From Candidatus Hermodarchaeota archaeon (GTDB taxonomy: Archaea > Asgardarchaeota > Heimdallarchaeia > Hodarchaeales > Hodarchaeaceae), in the NCBI GenBank assembly GCA_048886185.1, contig JBHLKY010000032.1, positions 1 to 32,000 of the forward strand: a DNA stretch of 32,000 nucleotides, read 5' to 3'. Shown here piece after piece: positions 9,637-19,230 of this stretch (its first letter is position 1; each line of letters begins with the position of its first letter). Under the pieces are notes generated by a model. It did no database searches, was not told the origin of the DNA, and saw only the letters and a program-made list of their open reading frames with translations. A program made the translations under genes and the position numbers.

Positions 9637-9656
9637 AAATTTATAAATTTTCCTAT
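9637..9656 (-). promoter_or_regulatory. BRE/TATA-like promoter for the ABC operon, inside the perfect palindrome AAATTTATAAATTT
   Basis: The minus strand reads ATAGGAAAATTTATAAATTT about 45 bp upstream of the ATG at 9594. A near-palindrome TTTGAA-ACG-TCCAAA (9595-9609) abuts the start codon and is a candidate operator for the divergent regulator. Confidence 0.45.
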
Positions 9657-9713
9657 TTTGGAAAAATTGAAAAAATAAGAAACTTTTTTTAAAGCACCTT
9701 TACTCATCTATAC

Positions 9714-10286
9714 TTGATTCAAATGGCAGAGAGACAACCACAGTCCCCTGAAAAAACATTAGAAGATTTTAGAAATAGTATTATTCATCTTTTTGAGGAA
9801 ATTTGGGCTCTTAGAGGAACTGATCGCGATGTCGGGCGAATCTATGCCACTGTCTTATTATCCAATAAACCATTTACACAAAAAGAATTGGTGGAGATTA
9901 CTGGCTATTCTAGAGGTCAAGTCTCTAAAACACTAAAAGGCCTTGAAAAGGCCCTTTTTGTTACAAAAAGTCGGCCAAAGGGTTCCAGGGAGAAGGTATA
10001 TTACGTTGGTTCTGGATCTTTTCTTAAAACATTTGCTGATAGGATGAAACTCGCCTCCAAAATGCTTCGTCAACAAATGAAACTATTGGAAAAGCATGAG
10101 AAAGCATGGATTGAATTACCGAAGGAAATTCAAGAGACTCCAGAAGCAAGACATATTTTAGAGGTTGGGGAAACATTTTACAACTATTACGATTTTTATC
10201 TTAGCTCGATGGACGAGGTAATCGAAAAAATTGAAAGGAAAATCCAGCAACTTGATGATCAATTGATAAAAAAAATGGCTATATAA
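9714..10286 (+). CDS. GbsR/MarR-family winged-helix transcriptional regulator
   Basis: VGRIYATVLLSNKPFTQKELVEITGYSRGQVSKTLKGLE...RPKGSREKVYY followed by a long helical dimerisation region. It is divergent from the ABC-2 operon. The ATG at 9723 is an alternative start. Confidence 0.8.
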   Translation: MIQMAERQPQSPEKTLEDFRNSIIHLFEEIWALRGTDRDVGRIYATVLLSNKPFTQKELVEITGYSRGQVSKTLKGLEKALFVTKSRPKGSREKVYYVGSGSFLKTFADRMKLASKMLRQQMKLLEKHEKAWIELPKEIQETPEARHILEVGETFYNYYDFYLSSMDEVIEKIERKIQQLDDQLIKKMAI

Positions 10287-10577
10287 TTTAAGATTAATTG
10301 TTTATTTGACAATAAAATTGTGAAAGACAATCCTATTTATAAGCATTTTTCTGACAGGGGGGAGATCTCAAAGAAACCTGATCCCCGATTTACTCATAAG
10401 AGTGAATGATACCTGAAAGTATTGTTTTATTATTTTTGAGTTTGTTCTACTAGGTGAAGAAAATTATTAGGGGTCTTGTGAATGTGTTCTCCTCAGATGA
10501 TATAATGGATATCCTATATATTACAATTTAATATATTGTGTATAAAGATTCTAGAATATTGTTGGAGATAAGTTAAG

Positions 10578-11915
10578 ATGGTCACGGTAACCGAGAAATT
10601 AGCAGATTTTCAACTTCTTATTTTTAACGAGGATCCTGATGGAAAACGATATTTGTCTCGCCATAAGATACTCATCATGGTTTTTTATATTCTATCATTT
10701 ATTTTTACATTCTTACATTTTACAAGCTTATCCCCTGAAGTTATTGAAAGTATTCACACAGCTTTTCTAAGGGGAGAAGAACCAACTGTTTCTTCATCTC
10801 GTTTTTTATCCCTTGCTGTCCTATTATACCTTTATGTTTCTGCTATGGCGCTGGTATCTTTATTCAGGAATGGGAAACTGCCGAATTTCTTCCAAAAACC
10901 AAAGTTTCCATCCATGCGTCGAAGGTCCAAAATTTTGGTGGCTATTTTTATCTTTTTTTTTACAAGTCTTACCATAGCTATCGCTTACATTTCTATCATG
11001 TTCACTTTTTTAGCGATGGTTGCTCTGGGACCAATTATGTTTTTTGTCTGGACTTTGTTGGAACCATTCTTCTTGTTGAATGGTATCTTAGTCATTATAG
11101 ACATTATAGATACCGATTATCCATTAGAGGGATATACGAAATACAGTTTACTCGGGATTGTTGTTTTATCGATCTTGGGCTTATTTTTACCAATAGTAGT
11201 TGTATCGCTTTTAGGTTTTTATAAGGAAACAGGTGATTTTATCCAAGTCTCTTTTACTAATTTTTTTGATTTTACATTATTCAAACCTGCAATAATATCC
11301 TACAGGAGCACTCTGTCTGGGATAATCGTCATCACCTTTATATTTATGCTTTTGTGGTTTATCAAAGATCGTATAGGAGGTATTGATTCGATTAGAGAAC
11401 GCAAAAAGGGAATTCTACCTTTCTATTTATGTTTTTGCCTATTATTTATTTCTGTTTCAATTATTCCAATTATTGTTGGTGTGGGTGGTTCCCTAGCAGA
11501 ATTAACAAGCATTCTAGACCTTTTGGGGTTGTTTCTAGCTATTTTTCTTGGAATTTGGCGAGTTCTTGGAATTGACCAGAGAACTGATCCTCTTATTGGT
11601 TTTGAACGTATTAATCCAATAGAAAGAATTAATCGCTTGCATCCCTATTCAAAAGCATTATTTCTTTTAGTAATGAGTATTTGGGGATTTTATTATTCTT
11701 TTGAAAATGCGGCTATCGCCATAATCACAGGATATCCTGACCAATTGAAGATACAACAGCTTGAACTTTTAACAGGATTGATAGGATTGGTATTTATTGT
11801 TGTTCTTTGGCGCTTTAAAGGCAGCCCTCGTTCAGGCACGCCAGGGATCCTCAAAAAAGCTCCTGAACTATTTAAATCTAAAATACAGGAAATAAAAGAA
11901 TCATTCGAAAGTTAA
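10578..11915 (+). CDS. Polytopic membrane protein of unknown function (about 10 TM segments)
   Basis: 445-aa ORF with ATG start, GGAG upstream and alternating hydrophobic segments and basic loops. No family motif recognised. Confidence 0.75.
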   Translation: MVTVTEKLADFQLLIFNEDPDGKRYLSRHKILIMVFYILSFIFTFLHFTSLSPEVIESIHTAFLRGEEPTVSSSRFLSLAVLLYLYVSAMALVSLFRNGKLPNFFQKPKFPSMRRRSKILVAIFIFFFTSLTIAIAYISIMFTFLAMVALGPIMFFVWTLLEPFFLLNGILVIIDIIDTDYPLEGYTKYSLLGIVVLSILGLFLPIVVVSLLGFYKETGDFIQVSFTNFFDFTLFKPAIISYRSTLSGIIVITFIFMLLWFIKDRIGGIDSIRERKKGILPFYLCFCLLFISVSIIPIIVGVGGSLAELTSILDLLGLFLAIFLGIWRVLGIDQRTDPLIGFERINPIERINRLHPYSKALFLLVMSIWGFYYSFENAAIAIITGYPDQLKIQQLELLTGLIGLVFIVVLWRFKGSPRSGTPGILKKAPELFKSKIQEIKESFES

Positions 11916-11948
11916 GAACACTTCTCAATGTAAAATAGTCGATTTTGT

Positions 11949-12218
11949 CTATTGCCATCTTTTCAGGGTTGGCATAAGCGACTTCAAATAGACTCTTGCC
12001 TCATCTATGCTAATATTGAGAGTCTCAGCTGTAGTGGGTACGTTTTTCTCGATCATTTCCTTCATAGTAATTTCAGGTTCTGTAAATTCACCCTCCTGAT
12101 AACATCCGCTGCAGTAATCATCACTTAGCGTTCCATCTGTTTCTGATCCTCTATCAGTCGCAGTCAAGGGATATGCACAACTCTGACAAAGAGGCCCAGT
12201 TGATTTTTTACTTGTCAC
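11949..12218 (-). CDS. Putative zinc-ribbon domain protein (CQSC...YCxxCY.xGxF family)
   Basis: CQSCAYPL...GSETDGTLSDDYCSGCYQEGEFTEPEITMKEMIE...MPTLKRW is the diagnostic pattern. GTG start, 24 bp after the GNAT gene. Confidence 0.85.
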   Translation of the reverse strand: MTSKKSTGPLCQSCAYPLTATDRGSETDGTLSDDYCSGCYQEGEFTEPEITMKEMIEKNVPTTAETLNISIDEARVYLKSLMPTLKRWQ

Positions 12219-12242
12219 GATTAATCATCAAACCTCTAATTT

Positions 12243-13076
12243 CTAGCTTGTGTGATAAAACTTTTGGTTTGGGTAATACAATCCTATTTTGCACACTTCC
12301 TTAAAATGCATCTGTTGATAAAGCAATGTACCCATTGGTGAAGCTTTTAGTACACCCCATTTGTACCCTAATGAACGGGCTTTGAACAATGGAATTTTGG
12401 TCATAAGGGTACCAATTCCTCTTCTTCTATATTTGGGAACCGTGGCAACATTAAAAATAGCAGCAACTCCCGCAGCCTGAAATAAAATAGAGACTGCTAC
12501 GGGTTCCTTATCAATGAAACCAATATAGCGTAACCATGGAGAATTTGGATCAGTACCCAAACTTTTCTCGAATTCATAGATGTGCTTGGTAAAGGAGTCG
12601 TTGGCCCCAAATCCTTTTGTTTCTGTCTTTGCCCAAATCTGTAAGAGTGTATCATTGACTACTGGTCTAAATGAAAAATATGGAGGTAATTTTAACTTCC
12701 CATCAAGTTCCTCAAGATCAAAGAACATTCCTGGCATATCAGATGATTTTACTAAACCTTGTGTTTCTAAATAAACTCCTAGATCTTTGGGTTCAGTCGT
12801 AGGACCAACCCACCAAATCATTGGTACGTTCTGTTCTTTGAATGGTTTTAAAGCTAATTCTACTTCGGTTTTTACTTCATTACTTGATAACCTTGCTCCT
12901 GCAACTAAATTTAAAGTTGAGATAGGTAGTCCTGTCAAAATTCTTACCATATTATCTCTATCATCAAAAAGCTTGACTAATGGAGATTTACCAAAATATT
13001 TGACCTGAGCAATAAGATTTGCTTCAAGCGCTGTTCCAATGACTGTTTTTGATACGTCTCTTAATATTTGATGCAT
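12243..13076 (-). CDS. GNAT-family N-acetyltransferase
   Basis: C-terminal GNAT with IFNVATVPKYRRRGIGTLMT (R/QxxGxG acetyl-CoA motif), LKASPMGTLLYQQMHF, and an N-terminal WWVGP segment. Confidence 0.85.
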   Translation of the reverse strand: MHQILRDVSKTVIGTALEANLIAQVKYFGKSPLVKLFDDRDNMVRILTGLPISTLNLVAGARLSSNEVKTEVELALKPFKEQNVPMIWWVGPTTEPKDLGVYLETQGLVKSSDMPGMFFDLEELDGKLKLPPYFSFRPVVNDTLLQIWAKTETKGFGANDSFTKHIYEFEKSLGTDPNSPWLRYIGFIDKEPVAVSILFQAAGVAAIFNVATVPKYRRRGIGTLMTKIPLFKARSLGYKWGVLKASPMGTLLYQQMHFKEVCKIGLYYPNQKFYHTS

Positions 13077-13257
13077 ATTTAACTTCTCATGAGTAATTCA
13101 TGGCAAAACTTTTTCGGAAGCATTGTCGTACAAAAGTTAAACTTTATGCTTTAGGCAATTATACAGTTTGGGTGAAATTATTAATCCCATCAAATACTGT
13201 ATAAAAATTTTAAAACAAATTAATTACTAAAAGATAGAACAGCATGAAGGAATAAAG

Positions 13258-14661
13258 ATGAAAGAAGTGCGATTCACTAAAGGTTTTTTATGGGGTGCTG
13301 CAACTTCAAGCTATCAAATCGAAGGAGCATGGAATGAGGACGGGAAGGGGGAGAGTCTATGGGATTATATATGCCACAATCTGGGAATTGTAGCAAGTAA
13401 TGATACAGGAGATATTGCTTGTGATCATTATCATCGTTACAAAGAAGATGTGGCATTAATGAAAGAGATGAATCTGAAAGCCTATAGATTTTCTATTTCA
13501 TGGCCAAGAATTTTCCCTACTGGTCGAGGTGACGCGAATCAAAAAGGTGTGGATTTCTATGACAGGTTAATTGATGAGTTATGGAAATATGAGATCGAAC
13601 CAGTAGTTACGCTATATCATTGGGATCTTCCACTGGATTTGCAAAGTATCGGTGGCTGGACAAATCCTGAAGTAGTCGAAGCTTTTGTTGAATACGCAAA
13701 ATTAATGTTCAATCATTTTGGTGATCGTGTAAAGATGTGGATCACATTTAATGAACCCCAAATCTTCACACTTCTTTACTATTCGCTCGGATTTCTACAA
13801 GAAGGAATCCCAGGAGGTTTTCAGGCTTCTCATCTAGTCAATGTTTCACATGCAAAAGCTGTTCAAGAATATCGTCAAAGTGCTTATTCAGATGGAAAGA
13901 TCGGAATAACTCTCAATTTAAATACTGTATATCCAAAAACTGGCTCAGACATCGATGGACAGGCAACGAAGATTGTGGATAGTCTAATAAATCGCTGGTT
14001 TTTAGACCCAGTTTTAAAAGGATCTTATCCAATGGAAATTCTGAAAGTTCTCCAACAAAAGTTTAATATTTCATTTCTAGAAGAAGATTTATCTCTACTG
14101 AGATCTGTTTTACCAATGGACTTCTTGGGAGTGAATAACTATTCTTGTAATAGAGTTGGAGTGTCAAAACCTGAAGACCTTTCTGATATCATGTCATTTC
14201 TCGAAAAATACTTTTCAGAAGTAATAGTAGGAGATGAAAAGAAGGAGGATGGACGTGAGTATTCTGAAATGGGTTGGGAAATTTGTCCAGATGGTTTCTA
14301 TGATTTATTAATCAATATTGATAGGGATTATGGTCATCCCCTTTTGTACATTACTGAAAATGGAGCTGCATGCAAAGATGACAGAATAATTGATCAAATT
14401 GTTCACGATGACGACCGGATTAGCTACTTGAAAAGATACCTTAAAGCTGCAAATAGAGCTATTAACAAAGGAGTGAATTTAAGGGGTTATTTTGTTTGGT
14501 CTTTTCTAGATAATTTTGAGTGGCTTCACGGGTACTCAAAACGTTTTGGGTTGATTCGTGTCAATTATGAAACACAAGAACGAATATGGAAGAAGAGTGC
14601 TCGTTGGTACCGTGATGTTATTCAGAATAACGGTTTTATGTTTAGTAAGGTTCAAAAATAG
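13258..14661 (+). CDS. Glycoside hydrolase family 1 beta-glucosidase
   Basis: FLWGAATSSYQIEGA, DHYHRYKEDV, YRFSISWPRI, TLYHWDLP, TFNEP (acid/base Glu), YITENG (nucleophile Glu), WSFLDNFEW. No signal peptide. Confidence 0.97.
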   Translation: MKEVRFTKGFLWGAATSSYQIEGAWNEDGKGESLWDYICHNLGIVASNDTGDIACDHYHRYKEDVALMKEMNLKAYRFSISWPRIFPTGRGDANQKGVDFYDRLIDELWKYEIEPVVTLYHWDLPLDLQSIGGWTNPEVVEAFVEYAKLMFNHFGDRVKMWITFNEPQIFTLLYYSLGFLQEGIPGGFQASHLVNVSHAKAVQEYRQSAYSDGKIGITLNLNTVYPKTGSDIDGQATKIVDSLINRWFLDPVLKGSYPMEILKVLQQKFNISFLEEDLSLLRSVLPMDFLGVNNYSCNRVGVSKPEDLSDIMSFLEKYFSEVIVGDEKKEDGREYSEMGWEICPDGFYDLLINIDRDYGHPLLYITENGAACKDDRIIDQIVHDDDRISYLKRYLKAANRAINKGVNLRGYFVWSFLDNFEWLHGYSKRFGLIRVNYETQERIWKKSARWYRDVIQNNGFMFSKVQK

Positions 14662-14733
14662 GAATCACTTATTTATAGAAAAATACCTAAAAATCACTCT
14701 TAAAAAATCAAAATTATTAGAATGGTTCTATAG

Positions 14734-16833
14734 ATGACGTTAAATCGTAATTTGCAATTACTATTTCTTCATATCTTATTAATTTCTCTTTTAATGGTTT
14801 CTTATTATTCTAATTACCTTATTTCATCTCCTCAGGTTGACCAATCCCATTTTTTACATAAACCGTCTAAAAATTCTTTGAATAGTATTGAGACAAATCA
14901 GGAAGAGGAGGGTGTTTATGTTAAATATTCAGGAGAAGCACTTGATGGATTTAACATCTTCCAATTTCGGAATTTTACAGCCTACGAATATGATTTTCGA
15001 ATTACTGATATGGATGGAAATATAATCAAAGAGTTCCTAGGAAGGAATACTTTTAGTTATGCTCACCCCGTTAATTCTACCACATTACTACTGGTCACCT
15101 CTGGTCGTATGTATTTCTGGAATATTGAAACTGGTGTTAATACTACAGTTCCATTTACTAGTCATCATGATGTTTCATATAATCCCCAAACTAAGACCTT
15201 TATGACTCTAAAAATGACCTTAGTTACCAGTAATACTGGTAATGTTTATCGTTATGATATTATTGAGGAAAGAAACATGATTGGCGATGTAATTTGGGAA
15301 TTAAATACGAGTACATTTATACCATTTAGCTGGTGGTCTGGAGAATACGACATGGGCAAAAGAGACATTACTCACACTAATTCCGTTTTTTGGGACATAG
15401 AGGAGGATATGATCTATATTAACTGCAGAAATTTAAATACAATCTTTAAAATAGATCATTCATCGGGGGAAGTTGTATGGGGATTAGGTGAGTTTGGTGA
15501 TTTTACACTTTTCGACCACAAGGGAAATATCAGGCAGAATCTGTTTTATCATGCGCATGCTCTCGAAAAAGTGGATGAAAACACCTTCATTCTTTTTGAT
15601 AATGATTATTTCAACCAAACAGATTTAACCAATCAGAACTCTCAGCTCTTAGAAATCACCATTAATGAATCAACAATGATTGCAAAAACTTCTTGGTCTT
15701 GGGTGGCACCTCCAGAATATTATTCGGCTTATTGGGGGGATGCTGATAGGTTACCGAATGGAAATCGATATGGTGTTTTTGGTTCTAAAACACATATTGG
15801 TACCGACATTGGTCCCAGATTTGTAGAGGTAAATGAGACTGGTGATATTATATGGGAAATGTACTACAAGGGAGGGTCTTTAGGTGTCTATAAAGCTGAG
15901 CGATTCATATTGAATCCAATCATCAGTTCCCCTGATGATAGAATTGTAGGTTTAGGAGAAAGATTAACATTATCGTGGCAAACCTGGTACAATTGCCGTA
16001 CAAATCTAAAAATGAATGGCTCCTTCATCTTATATCAGAACAATGAGGTAATTCAGACTGGAGATCTTGTTTTTAATCAGTTTTGGCTTCCAACAACTTT
16101 AGCATTTGACATTCCTGATTTAGCAGTAGGGGATTATGACTTTGTTCTGGAAGTATTGGATGAAGGGGGACATGTAGTAACAGACACCATCCATGTCCAA
16201 ATAATACCACTCCTTGTTTATCGTAATGGCCCTTCGCATATTGAACTTGGTCAGGATAATGGGATTATTCAGTGGACAGGTCCATCTACTCCTCCATTAG
16301 ATGGAAAAATTTATGGAAATGAGATTTTATTGAAAACCTTTGTATGGGATGGCTCAAACATAAACCTTGATTTGAATACCTTGTTACCTGGAAAGTACAA
16401 TATTTCTTTCCAAGTATTCAATGATTCAGATCAGCTTTATTATAGTGATACTTTCTGGGTATATGTGTTCTACTCTTCACCTCCTGAAATCATTAGTGGC
16501 CCTGTTAACATGTGGCTATGGTTGAATCAAACGAATGTAACGTTAATGTGGGAAGTTAGTGACCTTAATCCATCGTATTATGAGATTTTGACAAATGGTT
16601 TATTAGTTGAAAGTGCTCCTTGGAACGGGTCTGACATAATTTTCGTTTGTGAGGTGTCTGAAATTGGGAAAATTATTGTAACATTATTAGTTTATGATAC
16701 ATTGGGTAATAGGATAGAGGATATTGTTGTCATAGAAATACGTAATCAGACAAAGAATTCAGTTTTTATCCCGTTTATAAGCCTCTTTTTAGGAATAGGC
16801 ATATTAACGATACAAAGAATGAGGAAAAGGTAA
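14734..16833 (+). CDS. Surface-anchored aryl-sulfate sulfotransferase (ASST) domain protein with three Ig-like repeats and a C-terminal TM/basic tail
   Basis: N-terminal hydrophobic signal. ASST motifs SHHD, THTNS, NCRN, YHAHA, FDN, WGDADRLPNGN. Three ~90-aa beta-rich repeats at about 15925-16743. Ends SVFIPFISLFLGIGILTIQRMRKR. Confidence 0.85.
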   Translation: MTLNRNLQLLFLHILLISLLMVSYYSNYLISSPQVDQSHFLHKPSKNSLNSIETNQEEEGVYVKYSGEALDGFNIFQFRNFTAYEYDFRITDMDGNIIKEFLGRNTFSYAHPVNSTTLLLVTSGRMYFWNIETGVNTTVPFTSHHDVSYNPQTKTFMTLKMTLVTSNTGNVYRYDIIEERNMIGDVIWELNTSTFIPFSWWSGEYDMGKRDITHTNSVFWDIEEDMIYINCRNLNTIFKIDHSSGEVVWGLGEFGDFTLFDHKGNIRQNLFYHAHALEKVDENTFILFDNDYFNQTDLTNQNSQLLEITINESTMIAKTSWSWVAPPEYYSAYWGDADRLPNGNRYGVFGSKTHIGTDIGPRFVEVNETGDIIWEMYYKGGSLGVYKAERFILNPIISSPDDRIVGLGERLTLSWQTWYNCRTNLKMNGSFILYQNNEVIQTGDLVFNQFWLPTTLAFDIPDLAVGDYDFVLEVLDEGGHVVTDTIHVQIIPLLVYRNGPSHIELGQDNGIIQWTGPSTPPLDGKIYGNEILLKTFVWDGSNINLDLNTLLPGKYNISFQVFNDSDQLYYSDTFWVYVFYSSPPEIISGPVNMWLWLNQTNVTLMWEVSDLNPSYYEILTNGLLVESAPWNGSDIIFVCEVSEIGKIIVTLLVYDTLGNRIEDIVVIEIRNQTKNSVFIPFISLFLGIGILTIQRMRKR

Positions 16834-16874
16834 TCTCTAAAAAAGAAAAATAATACAATTGGCTTGTTATTCTT

Positions 16875-17318
16875 ATGAAAAAGGACAACGTCTGTCAGAA
16901 ATGTATTGGTACAGACGGTAATGAATGTTGTATTGATGTTTATATAATTCTGAATCCAAACGAAGTTCATTTATTCAAAGAGGTTCCAAATGGGCCATAT
17001 AGCAGATTTAAAATTATTGAAAAAGGGGGAATTTATTATACAAATCAAGGATGTCTCTATTTTAAGAAAAATCTGTGCATAATTCATCAACAAAAACCTC
17101 TTTATTGCAAATATTACCCGATTTTTATTACTGGAGAAATATTCATCCATAAAGAATGTTCAATCCACAATAATTATCGAGTGACCAAACTACTTAAGAA
17201 GAAGATAAATAAATTACAACAAACATATCCTATTTATAAAAAAGACTGGTTTTGGGAGGAAATAATAGAAGAATTGCAGCTAGATCCCTGGATTATTTCC
17301 CAAGAGAAATTAGTATGA
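16875..17318 (+). CDS. YkgJ/CxxCxxCC-family cysteine-cluster (Zn/Fe-chelating) protein
   Basis: CQKC...NECC ... GCLYF...CIIHQQKPLYCKYYP. Confidence 0.75.
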   Translation: MKKDNVCQKCIGTDGNECCIDVYIILNPNEVHLFKEVPNGPYSRFKIIEKGGIYYTNQGCLYFKKNLCIIHQQKPLYCKYYPIFITGEIFIHKECSIHNNYRVTKLLKKKINKLQQTYPIYKKDWFWEEIIEELQLDPWIISQEKLV

Positions 17319-17336
17319 ATTTAAACTTTTAGTCAA

Positions 17337-19001
17337 TCATTTATACATATAAATATCTGTATATTGCTTTCTAATAGCTTTTTTGTCTACCTTACCAACA
17401 CTAGTTCGTAAGATTCTTTCTGTAAGAATGATATCATCAGGTAGCTGCCACTTAGCAAATCTCTCTGCAAGATGTCCCCTGATTTCATCCTTATTGATTC
17501 TTGATTTGAATTCGTTTCGTAATACTACTAAAGCTAGAGGTCGTTCTTCCCATTTGGGATGAGGACATCCAACAACAGCTGCATCAAGTATTGCAGGATG
17601 TGAAACTAGGGCGTTCTCTATATCTACAGATGAGATCCATTCCCCACCACTTTTTATTAAATCTTTAAGTCGATCTGTGATCTTTAAGAATCCATCAGCA
17701 TCCATAGTTCCAACATCTCCTGTTCTAAAGTAATTGTCTTCAGTGAACTGAACCTCACTCCCAGGAGCATTATAATATCTCCCTGAAACCCAAGGTCCAC
17801 GTAAAAGGATTTCCCCTGCAGATTTGCCGTCATGAGGGAGTTCCTTTCCCTTTTCATCAATTATTTTCACATCTAATCCGACTACAACATATCCTTGTTT
17901 CCTTTTATGGTTCCACCTTTCCTCCTCTGTAAGGTTCTCTTCTATGAATGGTGGGAGACGATTTAAAGTTACTATTGCATTTGCTTCGGTGGATCCGTAT
18001 GAATGTATAATATCTGCTCTGGTAATATCCCAGAAACCTTTCATCATTGTAATTGGAGGTTCACTTGCCCCTGTGATGAACCGTAATCCAGACAGATTAG
18101 GTTTTAAATCCATTTTACGGATATATTCAAGCATTGGCATTAAAATCGCAGGAGCGCCATTCGACAAAGTAACTTTTTCTTGAATATAAATTTCAATGAG
18201 CTCATCAAGATCATTCAAGCTAAATCTACCAGGAAAGACTAACTTAGCCCCTACCAACGTAGCTGCATATGGCGTTCCCCAACCTAGAACGTGAAACATA
18301 GGTACAATTTGAAAAAGACAATCTTTTATAGAAATGGAAGCATTAGCGGCATAGGTTAGCGCTTGTAGATACACATCGCGATGAGAATAGTAAACTCCCT
18401 TAGGTCTTCCTGTGGTACCACTAGTATAGCAGGCTGAATAGGCAGAGTTTTCATCAATATTCAGCCACTCATATTTTGGTGTCGAATTACTTACTAGCTC
18501 TTCATAACTGTAGATTGGGTTCAGTGATGTTTGCATATCGCTTAATGGTTTATCAGTAATAATTATATATCCTTTCACGGTTTTACAGGTGGGAGCAACT
18601 TCCTCTGCAACATGAAGAAGATTTTCTTCTACAAAAACAAATTTAGTTTCTGCGTGGTTAATTATATAACTTAATTCTTGCGGAGCGAGGCGTAAATTTA
18701 AGAGAAGCATGACCGCGCCAGTACCAGGAATACCAAAGTAGATCTCAAAATGTTGGTATGTATTCCAAGCGAGAATCCCTATTTTATCACCAATTCTAAT
18801 ACCTAAAGAATAGAGAGAATTGGCTAAACACATAACACGCTTGTAACAATCATTATAGGTATAACGAAATAGAGACCCGTCATTTATCCTACAAACAATT
18901 TCTTGTTTTCCGAAGTTTCTTGCCCCATGTTTGAGAATGTTTGTTACATTTAACTGATAGTTAACCTGTGACGTAGCTGGAAAACCCTGAACAATTTTCA
19001 T
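17337..19001 (-). CDS. Fatty-acid--CoA ligase, AlkK/DmdB-like subfamily of AMP-forming acyl-CoA synthetases
   Basis: YTSGTTGRPKG (P-loop), VPMFHVLGWG, RGPWVSGRYY, RTGDVG, DRLKDLIKSGGEWISS, KWEERPLA, TSVGKVDKK. RBS AAGGAG. Confidence 0.92.
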   Translation of the reverse strand: MKIVQGFPATSQVNYQLNVTNILKHGARNFGKQEIVCRINDGSLFRYTYNDCYKRVMCLANSLYSLGIRIGDKIGILAWNTYQHFEIYFGIPGTGAVMLLLNLRLAPQELSYIINHAETKFVFVEENLLHVAEEVAPTCKTVKGYIIITDKPLSDMQTSLNPIYSYEELVSNSTPKYEWLNIDENSAYSACYTSGTTGRPKGVYYSHRDVYLQALTYAANASISIKDCLFQIVPMFHVLGWGTPYAATLVGAKLVFPGRFSLNDLDELIEIYIQEKVTLSNGAPAILMPMLEYIRKMDLKPNLSGLRFITGASEPPITMMKGFWDITRADIIHSYGSTEANAIVTLNRLPPFIEENLTEEERWNHKRKQGYVVVGLDVKIIDEKGKELPHDGKSAGEILLRGPWVSGRYYNAPGSEVQFTEDNYFRTGDVGTMDADGFLKITDRLKDLIKSGGEWISSVDIENALVSHPAILDAAVVGCPHPKWEERPLALVVLRNEFKSRINKDEIRGHLAERFAKWQLPDDIILTERILRTSVGKVDKKAIRKQYTDIYMYK

Positions 19002-19027
19002 GAAATATTCTCCTTTCTTAATAGTGA

Positions 19028-19044
19028 TTTAAGGTATCCTTAAA
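19028..19044. promoter_or_regulatory. Perfect inverted repeat TTTAAGG-TAT-CCTTAAA, candidate operator of the acyl-CoA ligase
   Basis: 7-bp arms about 27 bp upstream of the ATG at 19001, just downstream of a GATATAAT TATA-like element on the minus strand. Confidence 0.35.
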
Positions 19045-19230
19045 CATTATATCTTGTCTAACTTTTTTATTATTACTAGAAGTTTGATATTTACTTAGTG
19101 ATTCTTTAGTTAGAATTAATGTTTCAGTTCATAGGATGAGTCTTTTCAAAGAAAAAGACTTTTTAGATTCTGAAATGATTTTTCAGCACAGGTAGAGATG
19201 CAAAGAATCCATCGTTTTTTAAAAACTTGA

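Noticed and set aside
13258-14661. GH1 as a myrosinase (glucosinolate thioglucosidase) given the adjacent sulfotransferase
   Set aside because: The acid/base Glu is present (TFNEP). Plant myrosinases have Gln there.
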